From NCBI RefSeq assembly GCF_006345805.1, contig NC_043022.1:10168001-10232000 (forward strand): 64,000 nucleotides of DNA, in the 5' to 3' direction. The notes beneath the pieces were generated by a model. The model was given only the letters and a program-made list of their open reading frames with translations. It was not told where the DNA came from and searched no databases. Position numbers and translations under genes: made by a program. This stretch comes from Octopus sinensis (Eukaryota). Shown piece by piece: positions 25,946-39,124 of this stretch; the first letter of the stretch is position 1, and each line of letters begins with the position of its first letter.

Positions 25946-26809
25946 GCCTTCGCCATGAACAGGAATTAATCTTCTCCCTTTATTCCTCTGCTCCTTATGA
26001 TCTCAATACGCCACTTCTCTTCATCTAACACCAACCCCCACACAAATTCCCAAACACCTCCCACCTTCAAATGCCCTTCTCTGCCACACCTCACCACTAT
26101 ACAAACACCCATATACGCTGTTCAGCTCAGTACTGACATCACACACCCACAGACACACCTTCCCACTCCCTACACACTAGCACCCAACACGTCCCAGTAC
26201 CCACACCTACAACCATGCACACTCACATGCATTCACACACACACTAGCACCCAATGCCTGTCAACCCCTAACTCCCGTCACCCCTATCCTACCTCCCTGA
26301 CCCTATCCCACTTCACACTATGCATTCGACCACAATATACAGTATTCACCCCAAAAAGCACACACAATTCCTGAACACAGACAGTACACACATACGCACG
26401 CGCGCATAAACACACAACTTTCGCACACAAATATGCACACTATAAGGTCCACACACCAAACGTACATCACTCCACACATACAGGCCCATGCGTTTGCACA
26501 CACACACACACACACAACATCAGTACATGAAACTGCACATCACTCCACAAAATGTACGCACTAGGTGACTTATACGCACACTCATATAATTTTAAGCTGG
26601 CCAACACATACATGCTCACGCGCTCACCCCCAATCACACGTACACACCACTCTCTTTTACACACGCGCTTGCGCACCCTAGTTCGGCCTAGTCACCGTTA
26701 TTATGTCCCTTTCACTAAGCCTCTTTCTTCCGGCTATTTCATTATGTTGAATCGTTATTCCCTACACATTTTTTCCTCTCTCCGTTTTTTTCGTCCTCTC
26801 TGTGTTTTT

Positions 26810-26845
26810 TTTCCTGTCGAAGAGCGTAGGCTCGAAACGTTAAAG
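26810..26845 (+). ncRNA. Minimal hammerhead-like motif with CUGUCGA core in a pLTR (~26700-26872)
   Basis: tttc CTGTCGA a gagc gtag gctc GAAA cgt t aaag. Palindromic ACGU stem III. First stem I pair is a mismatch. Confidence 0.55.
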
Positions 26846-27247
26846 ACTTTTACATTCTTCCCGAGCGTTAAATTTGAAACGCCCCCGCCCAATGGACGGT
26901 GCTGAGTTGTCAAACATTTAAACCACATTTTCTCAAAACAACTTGTCCGACTGTCCCATAGGCCTCCCCTTTGATAAACACTGATTTAATCTAAACTTGA
27001 GACACCAACAAGACAGATTTCGACTGATGTACTTGCGCGTACAAATTCACGTTCCCACGGCTTTATCGATTGCATTCTCACCTGGAATTGATTTTTGTAA
27101 TGTTTTTAAGACTTATATACGCCTTGATACCGTCGGTATCTACATATCAAATTTGAGCGCAATCGGATGGAGGATGCCCGAGATCCTAGAAGACACACAC
27201 ACGCACACACACACACAGAACGGATTTTATATAATATACATACATCC

Positions 27248-27295
<48 letters not shown>

Positions 27296-28473
27296 ATATA
27301 TTTTTCCACTCCGTTAGTTTGCGGTTCGGCAAAAAGAGACCTATGGAATATATACCAAGCTTTAAAAAAAAATAAAGGTACCGACATCGTTTCGTGCGAC
27401 TAAAGATTCTTCATTGCTGTGCTCTAGCATGACCGAAGGCTAAAGACTGAAACGAATAAAAGATAAGAGACCGTCACGGCGGTTGTGGCCTTCGTCATCG
27501 TTATCATTATCCTCATCATCGCCTTTCGCCTCCAGATTATCACCAATAGCAACAACAACAACGACAACAACGCAAAATTCATTAAGTTTCAGTGATCTGA
27601 TGGTGTGTCTGGGGTTAGATATAAGCATAAGAACTGAGGGAATGTATGACCAATGACGTTCTTCCCACCGTGACCATCCTGTCATTTTTTCAAGACGTTA
27701 GGGCGTGATTTGAGGGGTAATTTTGTAGCTATTTCCCGCAAAGTGAACGACTACGTTGTGGCTTCTTCGGTCAAGGTTTTACGTAAAGCCGAAGCGCAGT
27801 AAACACACACACGTACACAAATACATCAGATATATATATATATACATACACACGTGTTTATATATATACACACATATATACATACATCAGATACATATAC
27901 AATAGCACGTGGTTATATATATATACACAGACAAAATAACGTACGTGGACATATAAGCCCTTACACACGTAATGACCTCTTCTCCACACCAATACCTCTT
28001 TCTCTCTCATACATACATACATACACACACATATGCACACTGTATACACAGTTGTGCGTGTGTTTACCAATCGCAACCTCGTTCGAACAGTCAGTCAATA
28101 ACCTTAATTCATCAGTCGTCTTTGAGAAGTTTCAAGGACGCGCGCACACGCACATACACACACACAGGTAGCTAACGAATGGTGGTGGCGGCGGTTACAG
28201 TGACGTAGGCGGCTATATGACGCACGAGTGTGTAGTGATGATGAAAATGATGACGACGATGATGATGATGATGAGGGTGTTCGTGATGATGACGACGGAT
28301 ATAATTGCCATGGTTTTCACGTTCTTTAGCCCCAGGTCAGATTTAACAACAGTAGACGCATCGTCTACGACGTAACAACAGATACATACTATATATATAT
28401 ATATATGTATATATGTGTATATATATATGTATATGTGTGTATATATATATGTGTATATATATGTATATATGTG

Positions 28474-28512
<39 letters not shown>

Positions 28513-28569
28513 ATATATATATGTATGTATATGTGTATGTATGTATATATATGTATGTATATGTGTATG

Positions 28570-28614
<45 letters not shown>

Positions 28615-28616
<2 letters not shown>

Positions 28617-28858
28617 GGAGATGTACTCGCATAGCAAGTAATTTGATCTGAGATCGTGTGCTGAACGAAAACAATTGCAGCGTGGAAGGTGTTTGTAAGC
28701 CATTTAAGAAACACACAAAAGCCGTTCGATTCACTTCAACATTTAAGTTTAATTTGCCAAAATATTTTCGTCGCTAAAATCCGCGACCTGTTCAGACAAA
28801 AATCCGGCTTTTGTGTGTTTCTTAAATGGCTTACAAACACCTTCCACGCTGCAATTGT
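28615..28858 (-). mobile_element. Penelope-like pLTR with a perfect 54-bp inverted arm and a degenerate hammerhead (28753-28802)
   Basis: Arms 28671-28724 and 28805-28858. Minus strand reads tttgt CTGAACA g gtcgc ggatttta gcgac GAAA atatt t tggcaaa. Confidence 0.6.
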
Positions 28859-28863
28859 GTGTA

Positions 28864-29057
28864 TAGTTAATCCAAACAAGAAAACACAACAACGCAAGGA
28901 CGTGGAACAAATATAGTATTATTGGACGCTCAGGAAAGAAGGGAAGAAGGAGGGTTAAACATTCCGAGCGGAGCTCTTCGTCGGAAACATAGGAGAAGGA
29001 AAGATCCCGAGAAGTGAAGACAGAGGGAAAAAAATCGCCAACGATACACACGAGGTC
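28864..29057 (-). mobile_element. Penelope-like pLTR (family also at 31092, 60958, 61705) with an inactivated HHR
   Basis: CCGACGA agagc tcc gctc GGAA; the GAAA is mutated. Confidence 0.65.
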
Positions 29058-29169
29058 ATATATATATATATATATATAAATATCTATCTATACCTACAGA
29101 AGTGTGCTGCCCTCCACCGACTTCGTTACCTCGTAATTTACAGAAAAATGGAAATTTCTGCCAGTATGT

Positions 29170-29580
29170 TTCAGATGACGCTGATTGCGATCATATTGGA
29201 ATTGAATGTGAAAAGTTTTTTCCCGAGGGTGCGGTGTGGAGTTTCGACATGCTGTACTACGTGGTATTCTTACCGGAATCTCTGATATGAACACTTTAGA
29301 ATGTTTGGGTATCAATCTGAGGACAGTGCAGAGGATTCGGAACGTGTTGGATGAATCTAATGGTGATTACGACGGTACAGCAGTTCGGATAAGAAAAGAA
29401 CTCCTGAATTTGTTGGTGAGATCCAGGCCATGGTTGACAACGATCCCTCCAAGTCAATCAGGTCCATCGCCAGGGACATAGGAGTGTCTGAGTTTCTTAT
29501 CAGGCAGGTAGTACATGAAGACATTCGGCATTCCTTATACAAGATGAGAAAGGGCCAGTTTTTATCCCAAGCCACCGAGG
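29170..29580 (+). mobile_element. Tc1/mariner-superfamily transposase N-terminal fragment
   Basis: HTH-like GINLRTVQRIR and MVDNDPSKSIRSIARDIGVSEFLIRQVVHEDIR..YKMRKGQFLS. Confidence 0.75.
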
Positions 29581-30711
29581 ACAATTTTATAATATTAAGT
29601 ATATTGAGTATCCATCACGGCTGGTCTTACCAATCGGTTTCGCGCCGATATGGAAGGGAATATGGCGACCGCCCTTTATTATCGGAGGTGGAATAGCACA
29701 ATTGGTCAGCAGCTGCTGTGAAAAAATGTGGTGAAACGAAAAAGGGGCCCAGGGGATTGGGCTAAGAGTTATGCCCCTTGGTTGGGTATGTTATGAAGCC
29801 AGCGAGGGTTTATCTATTTCTTTACTACCCACAAGGGGCTAAACACAGAGAGGACAAACAAGGACAGGCACACAGATTAAATCGACCCCGGTGCGTAACT
29901 GGTGCTTATTTAATCGACCCCGAAAGGATGAAAGGCAAAGTCGACCTCGGCGGAATTTGAACTCAGAACATAACGGCAGACGAAATACGGCTACGCATTT
30001 CGCCCGGTGTGCTAACGATTCTGCCAGCTCGCCGCCTTAGCGAGGGTTATCCTGATGTGGGAAAAGCGTGTATTATTAATGTGGTATTCCTGCGGGGATG
30101 GTGTGTGGTATGTGTAGCGGTGTCACATGTATAATTGTTTCCGGGGGTATAGGTATATATATTTCATTATTGTGTTATACTCTAGTTGGATCAGGTCTAA
30201 TCTTGGGGTGGGGGTGCAAAACAACAACACTGGCAGCCTTTCTTTTATCGATTCCAGTGAGAACGAAGAGGCACGGATACCCTTCGTGATTCCAAGACAA
30301 CGCGAAGGGAGGTAACTGGATCCGACCAAAAGAAGCAGCAGAAACCGATGGTGACATTAAACGATACAAGGTCTTCGTAGGCAGGGACCTCATCTCTGAT
30401 ATGTTAGATCTCTCGTCTTCCTTTCCGGCCAACTGTCCAGTATTTTAAGTAAACGTGTTGTGTCAGCGATCCCCGTGCTTAAATCTTAGTGACGGAAAGA
30501 AAATGACATAAATATTAATGAACAGTTGCTGTGATCGCTATCAGAAGCTGACTAAATTCAAAACCAGGCTAAATATATGTACATGAATTCGTGTATTTAT
30601 TCATAATTCATTCTCCAATCGAACTGTTGGAATGAATAATCAGAGACATCTCTGTATGTATTAATTTCTTTTCTCATTACTCGCTGTGTTAATATTACTA
30701 ATTCTGTCACT

Positions 30712-30760
<49 letters not shown>

Positions 30761-31061
30761 GCATGTGTGTGTGTCTGTTTGTTTGGAAGGGCATCCAAAC
30801 GTAAGAACCCTGCCAAAAGATCTGCCTAACCAGCGCCTGTCAAACCGTCCAACCCATGCCAACATGGAAAACAGACGTTAAATGATGATGAGGCAGATAC
30901 ATATAGTAGCGCAAATCGCGTTTAGTGTAAAACAGTCATGGGCAAATTGCGGCCCGCAGGACTTTCTGAATGGCATGTCAGCAATAAAGTGTCTTGAATC
31001 TCTTCAGTTGTAGATGCTGATCCACTTCTCTGAAAAGGTTGCCGATGCCTTGGTCTAAGAG

Positions 31062-31116
<55 letters not shown>

Positions 31117-31217
31117 TAATCCAAACAAGCAAGAAAGCACAAAAAAAAAAACACAATGCGAGGACGTGGAACAAATATAGTATTATTGGACGCTCAGGAA
31201 AGAAGGAAACAAGGATG

Positions 31218-31252
31218 GTTTAACGTTTCGAGCGAAGCTCTTCGTCGGAAAT
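31218..31252 (-). ncRNA. Minimal hammerhead motif, CCGACGA core, in a pLTR (31092-31305)
   Basis: attt CCGACGA a gagc ttc gctc GAAA cgt t aaac. Confidence 0.55.
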
Positions 31253-32974
31253 ATAAGAGAAGGAAAGATCCAGAGAAGGGAAGACAGAGGAAAAAAAATC
31301 GCCAACCACCATATATATATATATTTAGTGGTTGTATACTGTCAACTTAACGTGACAGTCCCGTAAAGGGAATTACACCACCGCTATTTAGCTCGGCTTT
31401 GACACATTCCCTGTGTCCTTATATTTGCGAAGGGGAGGCAAGTACCCCCACCAGCTAGGGCTAGCACCTATCGACATATATACATACACACGCATATATA
31501 TATATATATATGTATATAGATATATATATATGTATATAGATAGATAGATAAAACTTACTTGGAAAAGGATGCGTGGCGTCGATCATATAATAATTAAGGC
31601 ACAAAACAAGTACTCTAAAGGAAGGGTAGTAGGTCCCTATTATAGAGCTCAGTACATAGACTGGTACTTCATCCCCTACCTTCAAGGTTGCTACAAAGGT
31701 GAGGTTTGAACCCAGAATGTAAAGAGCTGGAACAAATAACACAAGGCATTGCTTTTTTTTCTTTCTTTTCTTTCGACACTAGCAACCCTGCCAACTCGAA
31801 GCTTTTATATATTATAAGCAATAATAATAATCCTTTGTACTATAGACACAAGGCCTGGAATTTGGGGGAGATGGATCCTTCAGTACGCAACTGGTACTTA
31901 TTTTATCGATCCTGAAAGGATAAAAGGTAAAGCGAATACCGGCGGAATTTGATCTCAGAACATAAAGACGAATGAAATGCCGCTCAGTATTTTGCCCGGC
32001 GTGCTAACAATTCTGTCAACCCGCCGCCAAATAATAATAATAATAATCCTTTCTACTGAAGGCACAAAGCCTGACATTTGGGGGAGGGGGTAAAACGATT
32101 ACATCGACCCCAGTGCTCAGCTGGTACTTATTTAATCGACTCCGAAAGGATGATAGGCAAAGTCAACCTCGGCGGAATTTGATCTTAGAACATAGCAACG
32201 GGCGACACAACGCTAAGCATTTCGTTCAGCGTGCTACCGATTAAGGCGTGTCACCGCCTTAATAATCTTTTCCACTATAGGTACAAGGCCTGAAATTTGT
32301 AGGGAGGGGACTAGTCGATTACATCGACCTCAGTGTTTCACTGGTACTTAATTTCATCGACCCCGAAAGGATGAAAGGTAAAGTCGATCTCGGAGGAATT
32401 TGAACTCAGATCATAGCGACGGGCGAAATACCGCAAAGCATTTCGCCCGGCGTGCTAATGATTCTGCTAGCTCGCTGCCTTAATAATAAATAATAACTGC
32501 GATACCTTTCATCAAATGGAGTATGTGTGTGTGTATACTTCTCGTTCTGTATTTTAACATCTTCTGGTTAATAACAAAGCTATAGGGTGTTGAAACTCAT
32601 GTCAACCTTGAAAAAATTTGCCCATTTTTTTTCTGAAAGTTACAAGTAAACAAAGCTAATTTTTGTGAATTTTCTGAAAATCCTCACACTCTGAAAAAAT
32701 TTTCACCACACATTCCGATATAGTTGGAAACTACACCATTTGTAGAAAATTTCATTAAAAAATAACCATTTTTTAAGATAGATGTGTTTATATGAGAGAA
32801 GTTGAGTTGTCTCATTTCTTGTAAATCAAGTAAATCGATTCAATAATGGAGGTGTGGACGTGTTAAGCAAATAACAGACTATTACGTGTCAAATAAATGG
32901 TCCCACAATACACACACACGTGTGTGTGTGTGTGTGCACATATATATATGTATATATATATGTGTATATATATG

Positions 32975-33006
<32 letters not shown>

Positions 33007-33008
33007 AT

Positions 33009-33040
<32 letters not shown>

Positions 33041-33546
33041 TATCTTTTATAAAGATATATATATCTTCTTAAAATAATTACATAGTTCATAAAGATATAT
33101 ATGTATATATACACTTTTATTTGTTTGTCATTTGACTGCGGCCATGCTGGAGCAGCGCCTTTAATCGAACAAATCGAACCCGGGTCTTATTCTTTGTAAG
33201 CCTAGTACGTATTCTATCGGCCTCTTTTGCCGAACCGCTAAGTTACGGGGATGTAAACACCCCAACATCAGTTTTGCCGGGAAATGGGACCAAAACAAAA
33301 CAAAACGAGACCGTTAGTGGACGGACGACAGTGTATAAATATGATTAATACAGACAGCAGTAGGCAATGATTTATCAAAAATGAAGATTATAATTGTCAC
33401 TAGATATGACTAGGGTGTTTGAGACAACTACATTGCTAGAAATAAGAGCTAAAATGATCTAATGTTGTAGTTAAAGCACGTAATTGCATACATATACATT
33501 GGCAGGGACTATAATCACCCGAAAACACCGTTCGAATATATATATA

Positions 33547-33773
33547 CTTTATTTAAAGCAGCAGAAAATTCAACAAAACCTGTTACTCTGAGTTTCTCGT
33601 TGCCTTTCATCAGACAGTTTTCTAACAAAAACTGTCCGACGAACGGCAACAAGAAACTCAGAGTAACAGGTTTGTTGAATTTTCTGCTGCTTTAAATAAA
33701 GCATATTACTCTACCACTGGTATTTGAGAACTCTTTTTTTCCACCTTGTTTCACATTTATGTGTTTACTCCGG

Positions 33774-33775
<2 letters not shown>
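33547..33775. mobile_element. pLTR with a head-to-head inverted arm carrying two hammerhead cores
   Basis: Imperfect palindrome 33547-33701. Minus core CTGATGA (33613-33607), plus core CCGACGA (33636-33642). Both have GAAActcagagTAacag. Stem II is degraded. Confidence 0.7.
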
Positions 33776-33817
<42 letters not shown>

Positions 33818-33851
33818 TATATATTAGAATGAGACGGTGTAACCTCACATC

Positions 33852-33899
33852 GTCTCAGATGAAGGGATAACCATAATATCCCAGAAACAGCTGTAAGAT
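33852..33899 (+). ncRNA. Type I hammerhead motif with CAGAUGA core
   Basis: gtct CAGATGA a gggata accataa tatccc a GAAA cagctg TA agat. 6-bp stem II and palindromic ACAGCUGU stem III. Confidence 0.6.
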
Positions 33900-34162
33900 T
33901 ATTTCCTTATAAATGTCTTGAAAAACTCTTAGTCTTGGCTTTCTTATCTCATTCTCTCTAATATATATACATGCATGCTAATACAAGACCTACATTAGAC
34001 TCCTCACTCGTTTCACTATCGAACCAGGAGTTTAACTACGGTCTGTCCGTAGCACTTAACGTTACCTGACACTCTTTGGGCCTTCTAGATACCAATACTT
34101 CTCATATACATATATGTGTGTATCTATCTATATATCTATCCGTCTCTCTATCAGTCTATCTA

Positions 34163-34276
<114 letters not shown>

Positions 34277-35640
34277 AGTCTATGTATGTGTGTGTGTGTG
34301 TGTGTGTATGCATACATGCGTAGACAAATATACATATTTATGCGATGATCCTTTGAAATATCATGTTAAAACGTGCGTGTGAAAATATGTAAATATGTGT
34401 ATGTACGTACGTACCAAGCCATACGAGCGCAACATATACAATGAAACAACGAGGGCAAAAAATATAGGCGCCCCTGTTATTTAAGTATCCTTTACCCGCA
34501 AAAAAAAAAAAAGGAAAAGAAAAAAAAAGGGCTTCGTTCTGTTGCTTGCTAAGGAATTGAAAGCAGCTAGAAAAGTAGGGTATGAAAAACTAAGGGGATA
34601 TAAAGGAAGAGGAAAGCAAATGGCGAAATGATGATTGAAAGAAAGTTGGAGGGAGAAATAGAGCGTGAGGCATCGCGCACCTGGACAGGTATAATAAAGT
34701 TTATAGCAGAAATGATAGTGTGAGTGTAGATAGGTAAGTATTCTGGTGATCTTTGTTTTAGGCACAAATATCTGCAGGGGTAATTGTAAAAAAAAAAAAT
34801 CTGGGGGAAAATAACTGAAAACGAAGGTCGTCCCACTGATTATAGCATATAATGGACCGAATATTGCTGTCAGTTTCGGGTCGATTAGTGTACTTCTTCA
34901 GACATGGTGATAAGTGGGACCCTTATAAGATATATATATATATATATATAAATATAACCCCTGTATTTCCCATACTCAATGTGCGCTTTTTCTGCTTTAG
35001 GAACAACATACGCCCGCGCGCGCACACGTTTTACCCAAATAGATACATACAACATTTCAGTAAAGGAGAAAGCAGTAGTAGATATATTTATAACTCATAC
35101 ATAAAATACAAAGAGCCTCGGCATAGATTAGTAAGCAATGCCTGTACAATAGACTATGTATTTATGCCTACAAGTGTGTAGTATATGCATGCTTTCAATG
35201 TTACGTTTAAAGTGCCGATGTCTCTAAGTCCTTCTTCATCCAAAACTTTTCATTTTTGACCTTTAAAAAATTATATATGTTGTATGTATGTTGTCGACAT
35301 TGCACTGTCAACCTATTCTTCATCTTTTCTTTTTTTTTATTATTACAATTAAACCTTTCCCGCCACAAATATACCCTATAAAGGATTTACCCCCATGTGA
35401 CCCCGTTTCCCGTTTATCTTTCCAACCTTTTTTATTGTTATACTAACACACACATACATACATACACACACACAACACACATACATACATTCGTACGTAC
35501 ATACATACGTACGTACATACATACATACGTACATACATACATACGTACGTACATACGTACGTACGTACATACATACGTACGTACATACATACATACATAC
35601 ATACATACATACACATACATACGTACGTACATACATACAT

Positions 35641-35671
<31 letters not shown>

Positions 35672-35765
35672 TACGTACATACATACATACATACATACAT
35701 ACATACACACACATACATACGTACATACATACGTACATACATACGTACATACATACATACATACA

Positions 35766-35798
<33 letters not shown>

Positions 35799-36139
35799 GA
35801 ATGTATGTAAGTTCTGTGGGTACAGAAACTTGCTTTCATTGAAGTGATCCAAGTTGGATCATTTTATCAAAATTTCATGTTGAAATCATAATATAAACAA
35901 CCAGATTGATAAAGACAAAGTTATTTTACTAGATTCTCTCATTATATTCAAAATTTAAACCAAAGCGGTGTAGTTTAACAGAAATATAGAAAACAATATA
36001 TTAACAAAAAGGTTCGAAGTAATCTAAAAACCTCCATCAAAATTTCAAGTTAAAATCATGTTCTAAAACACCAGCTTAATAATGACTTAAGTTATTTTAC
36101 AGAATACTTCATTATTTTCAAAATTAATTTTAAAAATAA

Positions 36140-37375
36140 AGGCGCAGGAGTGGGTTGTGGTAAGTAGCTTGCTAACCAACCACATGGTTCTGGGTTCAGT
36201 CCCACTGCGTGGCATCTTGGGCAAGTGTCTTCTGCTATAGCCTCGGGCCTACCAAAGCCTTGTGAGTGGATTTGGTAGACGGAAACTGAAATATATTTGT
36301 ATGTGTGTGTCTGTGTTTGTCCCTCTAGCATTGCTTGACAACCGATGATGGTGTGTTTACGTCTCCGTCACTTAAGAAGAGACCGATAGAATAAGTACTG
36401 GGCTTACAAAGAATAAGTCCCGGGGTCGATTTGCTCGACTAAAGGCGGTGCTCCAGTATGGCCGCAGTCAAATGACTGAAACAAGTAAAAGGGTAAAAAG
36501 AGAGAGAGAGAGAGAGAGAGTACATTTCTACCGAAGTATGGTAACAAAAGGGTTAAGGCGGCAATGAATACTTTAGGGAAAATGAGATCCATATTTCAAA
36601 ACTATCATTTGTATGAATGATGAAATACAACAAAAGTAAATAGGAAAGAAGGTGCGGCAAAGTAACAGAGAAATGATTGGATAAAGTCGACAAACCTTCA
36701 AGTCTCGCCTTCCTCGCAAAATGCTGGGCGAAACGACTTGCAAGCGCTTATTAAACGACCTACTTACTTCCCCCACACAGTCGCTCTCTTTCATTTGCCC
36801 TCTCTCTACCCTCTCTCTCTCTCTCTCTCTCTGCCACATTGTAGTAGAAGCTATTGAAGAATGAGAAGTAAGGGCCCGTGCTTGATTTTAATGAAGAATG
36901 AAAAAGTAAGGATTCCACTTTCACGGGTTCGATGCCTTAATGATTTGACGTTCGTTTTCTTGTGTTTTTGCCACTCACGTCATTGCACTGACTACACCTA
37001 CTCATCCACACCTATACACACGCACACACGTGTTTATACACACAATGTGCATACATAAATACATACATACATACATACACACATACATACATACACACAC
37101 ACATACATACATACACACATATACATACATACATACATACATACACACATACATACGTACGTACGTACATACATACATACATACACACACACATACATAC
37201 ATACATACACATACATATACATACATACATACATACATACATACATACATACATACATACATACATACACACACATACATACGTACACACACACATACGT
37301 ACGTACGTACGTACCTACATACATACATACACACACACATACATACATACGTACGTACATACATACACACATACA
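36140..37375. repeat. Local segmental duplication, copy 1 (SINE + piggyBac end + unique segment + (TACA)n)
   Basis: Near-identical to 40790-42055, which lacks ~70 bp corresponding to 36688-36757. Confidence 0.9.
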
Positions 37376-37559
37376 AGTTCTGTGGGAACAGAAACTGAAA
37401 GAAACTCATAGAACCCGTGTGTGTGTGTGTGTGTGTGTACGTTTGTATGCATGCATGCATGCATGTATGTGTTCGTGTTTCTTCCTCGCTACCGCATGAC
37501 ATTGTTCGTTTGTTTACGTCACCGTATCATAACGGTGCGGCGACTGTGGCCGGCAGGTA

Positions 37560-37739
37560 GAAATATGTAAAACGACGTCCTTTTATTTTTTAATCATAAT
37601 CCGCTGATATGAAAATAAGTAGTATATTGAAAAAGAAAAAAATATTTTTCAAGGAGCGCCATTTGTGACTCTAAAAATATTTTCGGGGTGGGATAAGGGC
37701 ATTTGTGACTTTGGCCAAAATGGGTTGAGAACCTTTGGT
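37560..37739 (-). mobile_element. hAT-like MITE end
   Basis: Reverse complement starts caaaggttctcaacccattttggcc, homologous to 55795-55940. Confidence 0.65.
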
Positions 37740-39124
37740 CCAGATGACGCACTATCAATGTAGGTGACCTGTCGTGAAAATGAACAGGCTAGACCACCAT
37801 CGAAAGTATTGCCCTCATCGCTGACACGCCATATCGCTACTCTCGGTTTTCGAGTACACACCCCCGCCGTATGGGATCTTTCTTCTTTGGCTGCCACTTT
37901 TCAATTTCTTCAGGTTGCAGCCGAACAAAAGATCCCGGTGTTATAGTAAAACACACATGTTTAAGATGCCACACAGAGAACCCGTAAGTTGTTGCGTTAC
38001 GAGGTAAGACTGCCCCCCACCAACTTTGTTTCCGCGGAACTTTCAGGAAAATAGATATTTTTATATGAAATTTTCTACAAATAATTTTTGTAGATGGTGT
38101 ACATTACGAGGCGGACGTAAAGAATGTGGACCGCAGCACCCCTTTTAGGTATTATTATTTTTTTTTTTTTAGAATCCCCTATTTTCGAATACAGAGATTC
38201 TGATTCTGCAAAAGAAAAAAGAAAAAAAAGAAAAAAAAAAGCCAGGGTCTTTCCAAACGGCATTTAAAAATTTTAAATTCTTGTATTTTCTACGTATTTC
38301 GCAAAAAAAAAAAAAAAAAAAAAAATTCTGAAGAAAGTGAAAATTAAAGAATTTTGATGAGGTAGGGGAATTTAAAATTTTTAAATGCCGTTTTTTTTTA
38401 AGGTAGTTTTAAAATACGGACACTCTGAATCTGCAATTTGTTTGTCTTTATATTTTCAAAACAATTTTTGAAATCTAAATCGAAAATTATAAAACGTGAA
38501 AAAAAAAAATTTTGTGCATGCGCACAGCCTGTTATTAGTTCAGGATTGAAGTGCATTGTGTAACAGACACACCATGTAACTATTTTAGTATTTGCTATTT
38601 TCAAAAAAGTTATGCAAATTTGTGTTCTACAGTCTGGACCTCTTTCGATTACAAAAAAAAAAAATTTTTTTTGATTGAAATTTCCCCACCCCACAAATCC
38701 TGAGGTTTAGCTGTTGTTTTTAGCATATCCGTCATACTTTCCTTGTATATTTGCCACTCTGGCGGATATTGATGTCCCCATAAACGCATTTAATGGAATG
38801 ATGCTGCGCCCTAGGGTGGTCCTCTCTCCCTCGCTCCCTCTACACTTAGTGAGAGTGTGTATGCATATGTGTAAGGAAAAAGCATATTTACTAACAGAAA
38901 TGAATGCTATTGGGAGGGCGGCATAAAATGAGTAACTGGGGCCAATGAGTAACTTTTGATTTTTTCAGTATTTTGGAAATCTTTACATCACAAGTATTGC
39001 ATCATTTTTAGGAGACAAAATAGTCTGCATAGTTGTTGCTGAAGTTGAGAGAGTCCAAAACATAGTCAAGTGGTATTCAGGTCCTCTTTTTTCAAATTTT
39101 TTCTCAACTTTGATCTGATTTTTA

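Noticed and set aside
25554-26028. Overlapping repetitive ORFs on both strands
   Set aside because: By-product of the GC-rich 32-bp minisatellite.
28213-28734. Long ORFs of YI/HT/CVCM type (also 35376-35852, 37002-37502, 41666-42074, 44073-44616, 62484-63059)
   Set aside because: Stop-free translations of microsatellites.
38255-38393. Perfect 26-bp inverted repeat
   Set aside because: Probably internal to a DNA-transposon relic; no TSD or ribozyme core found.
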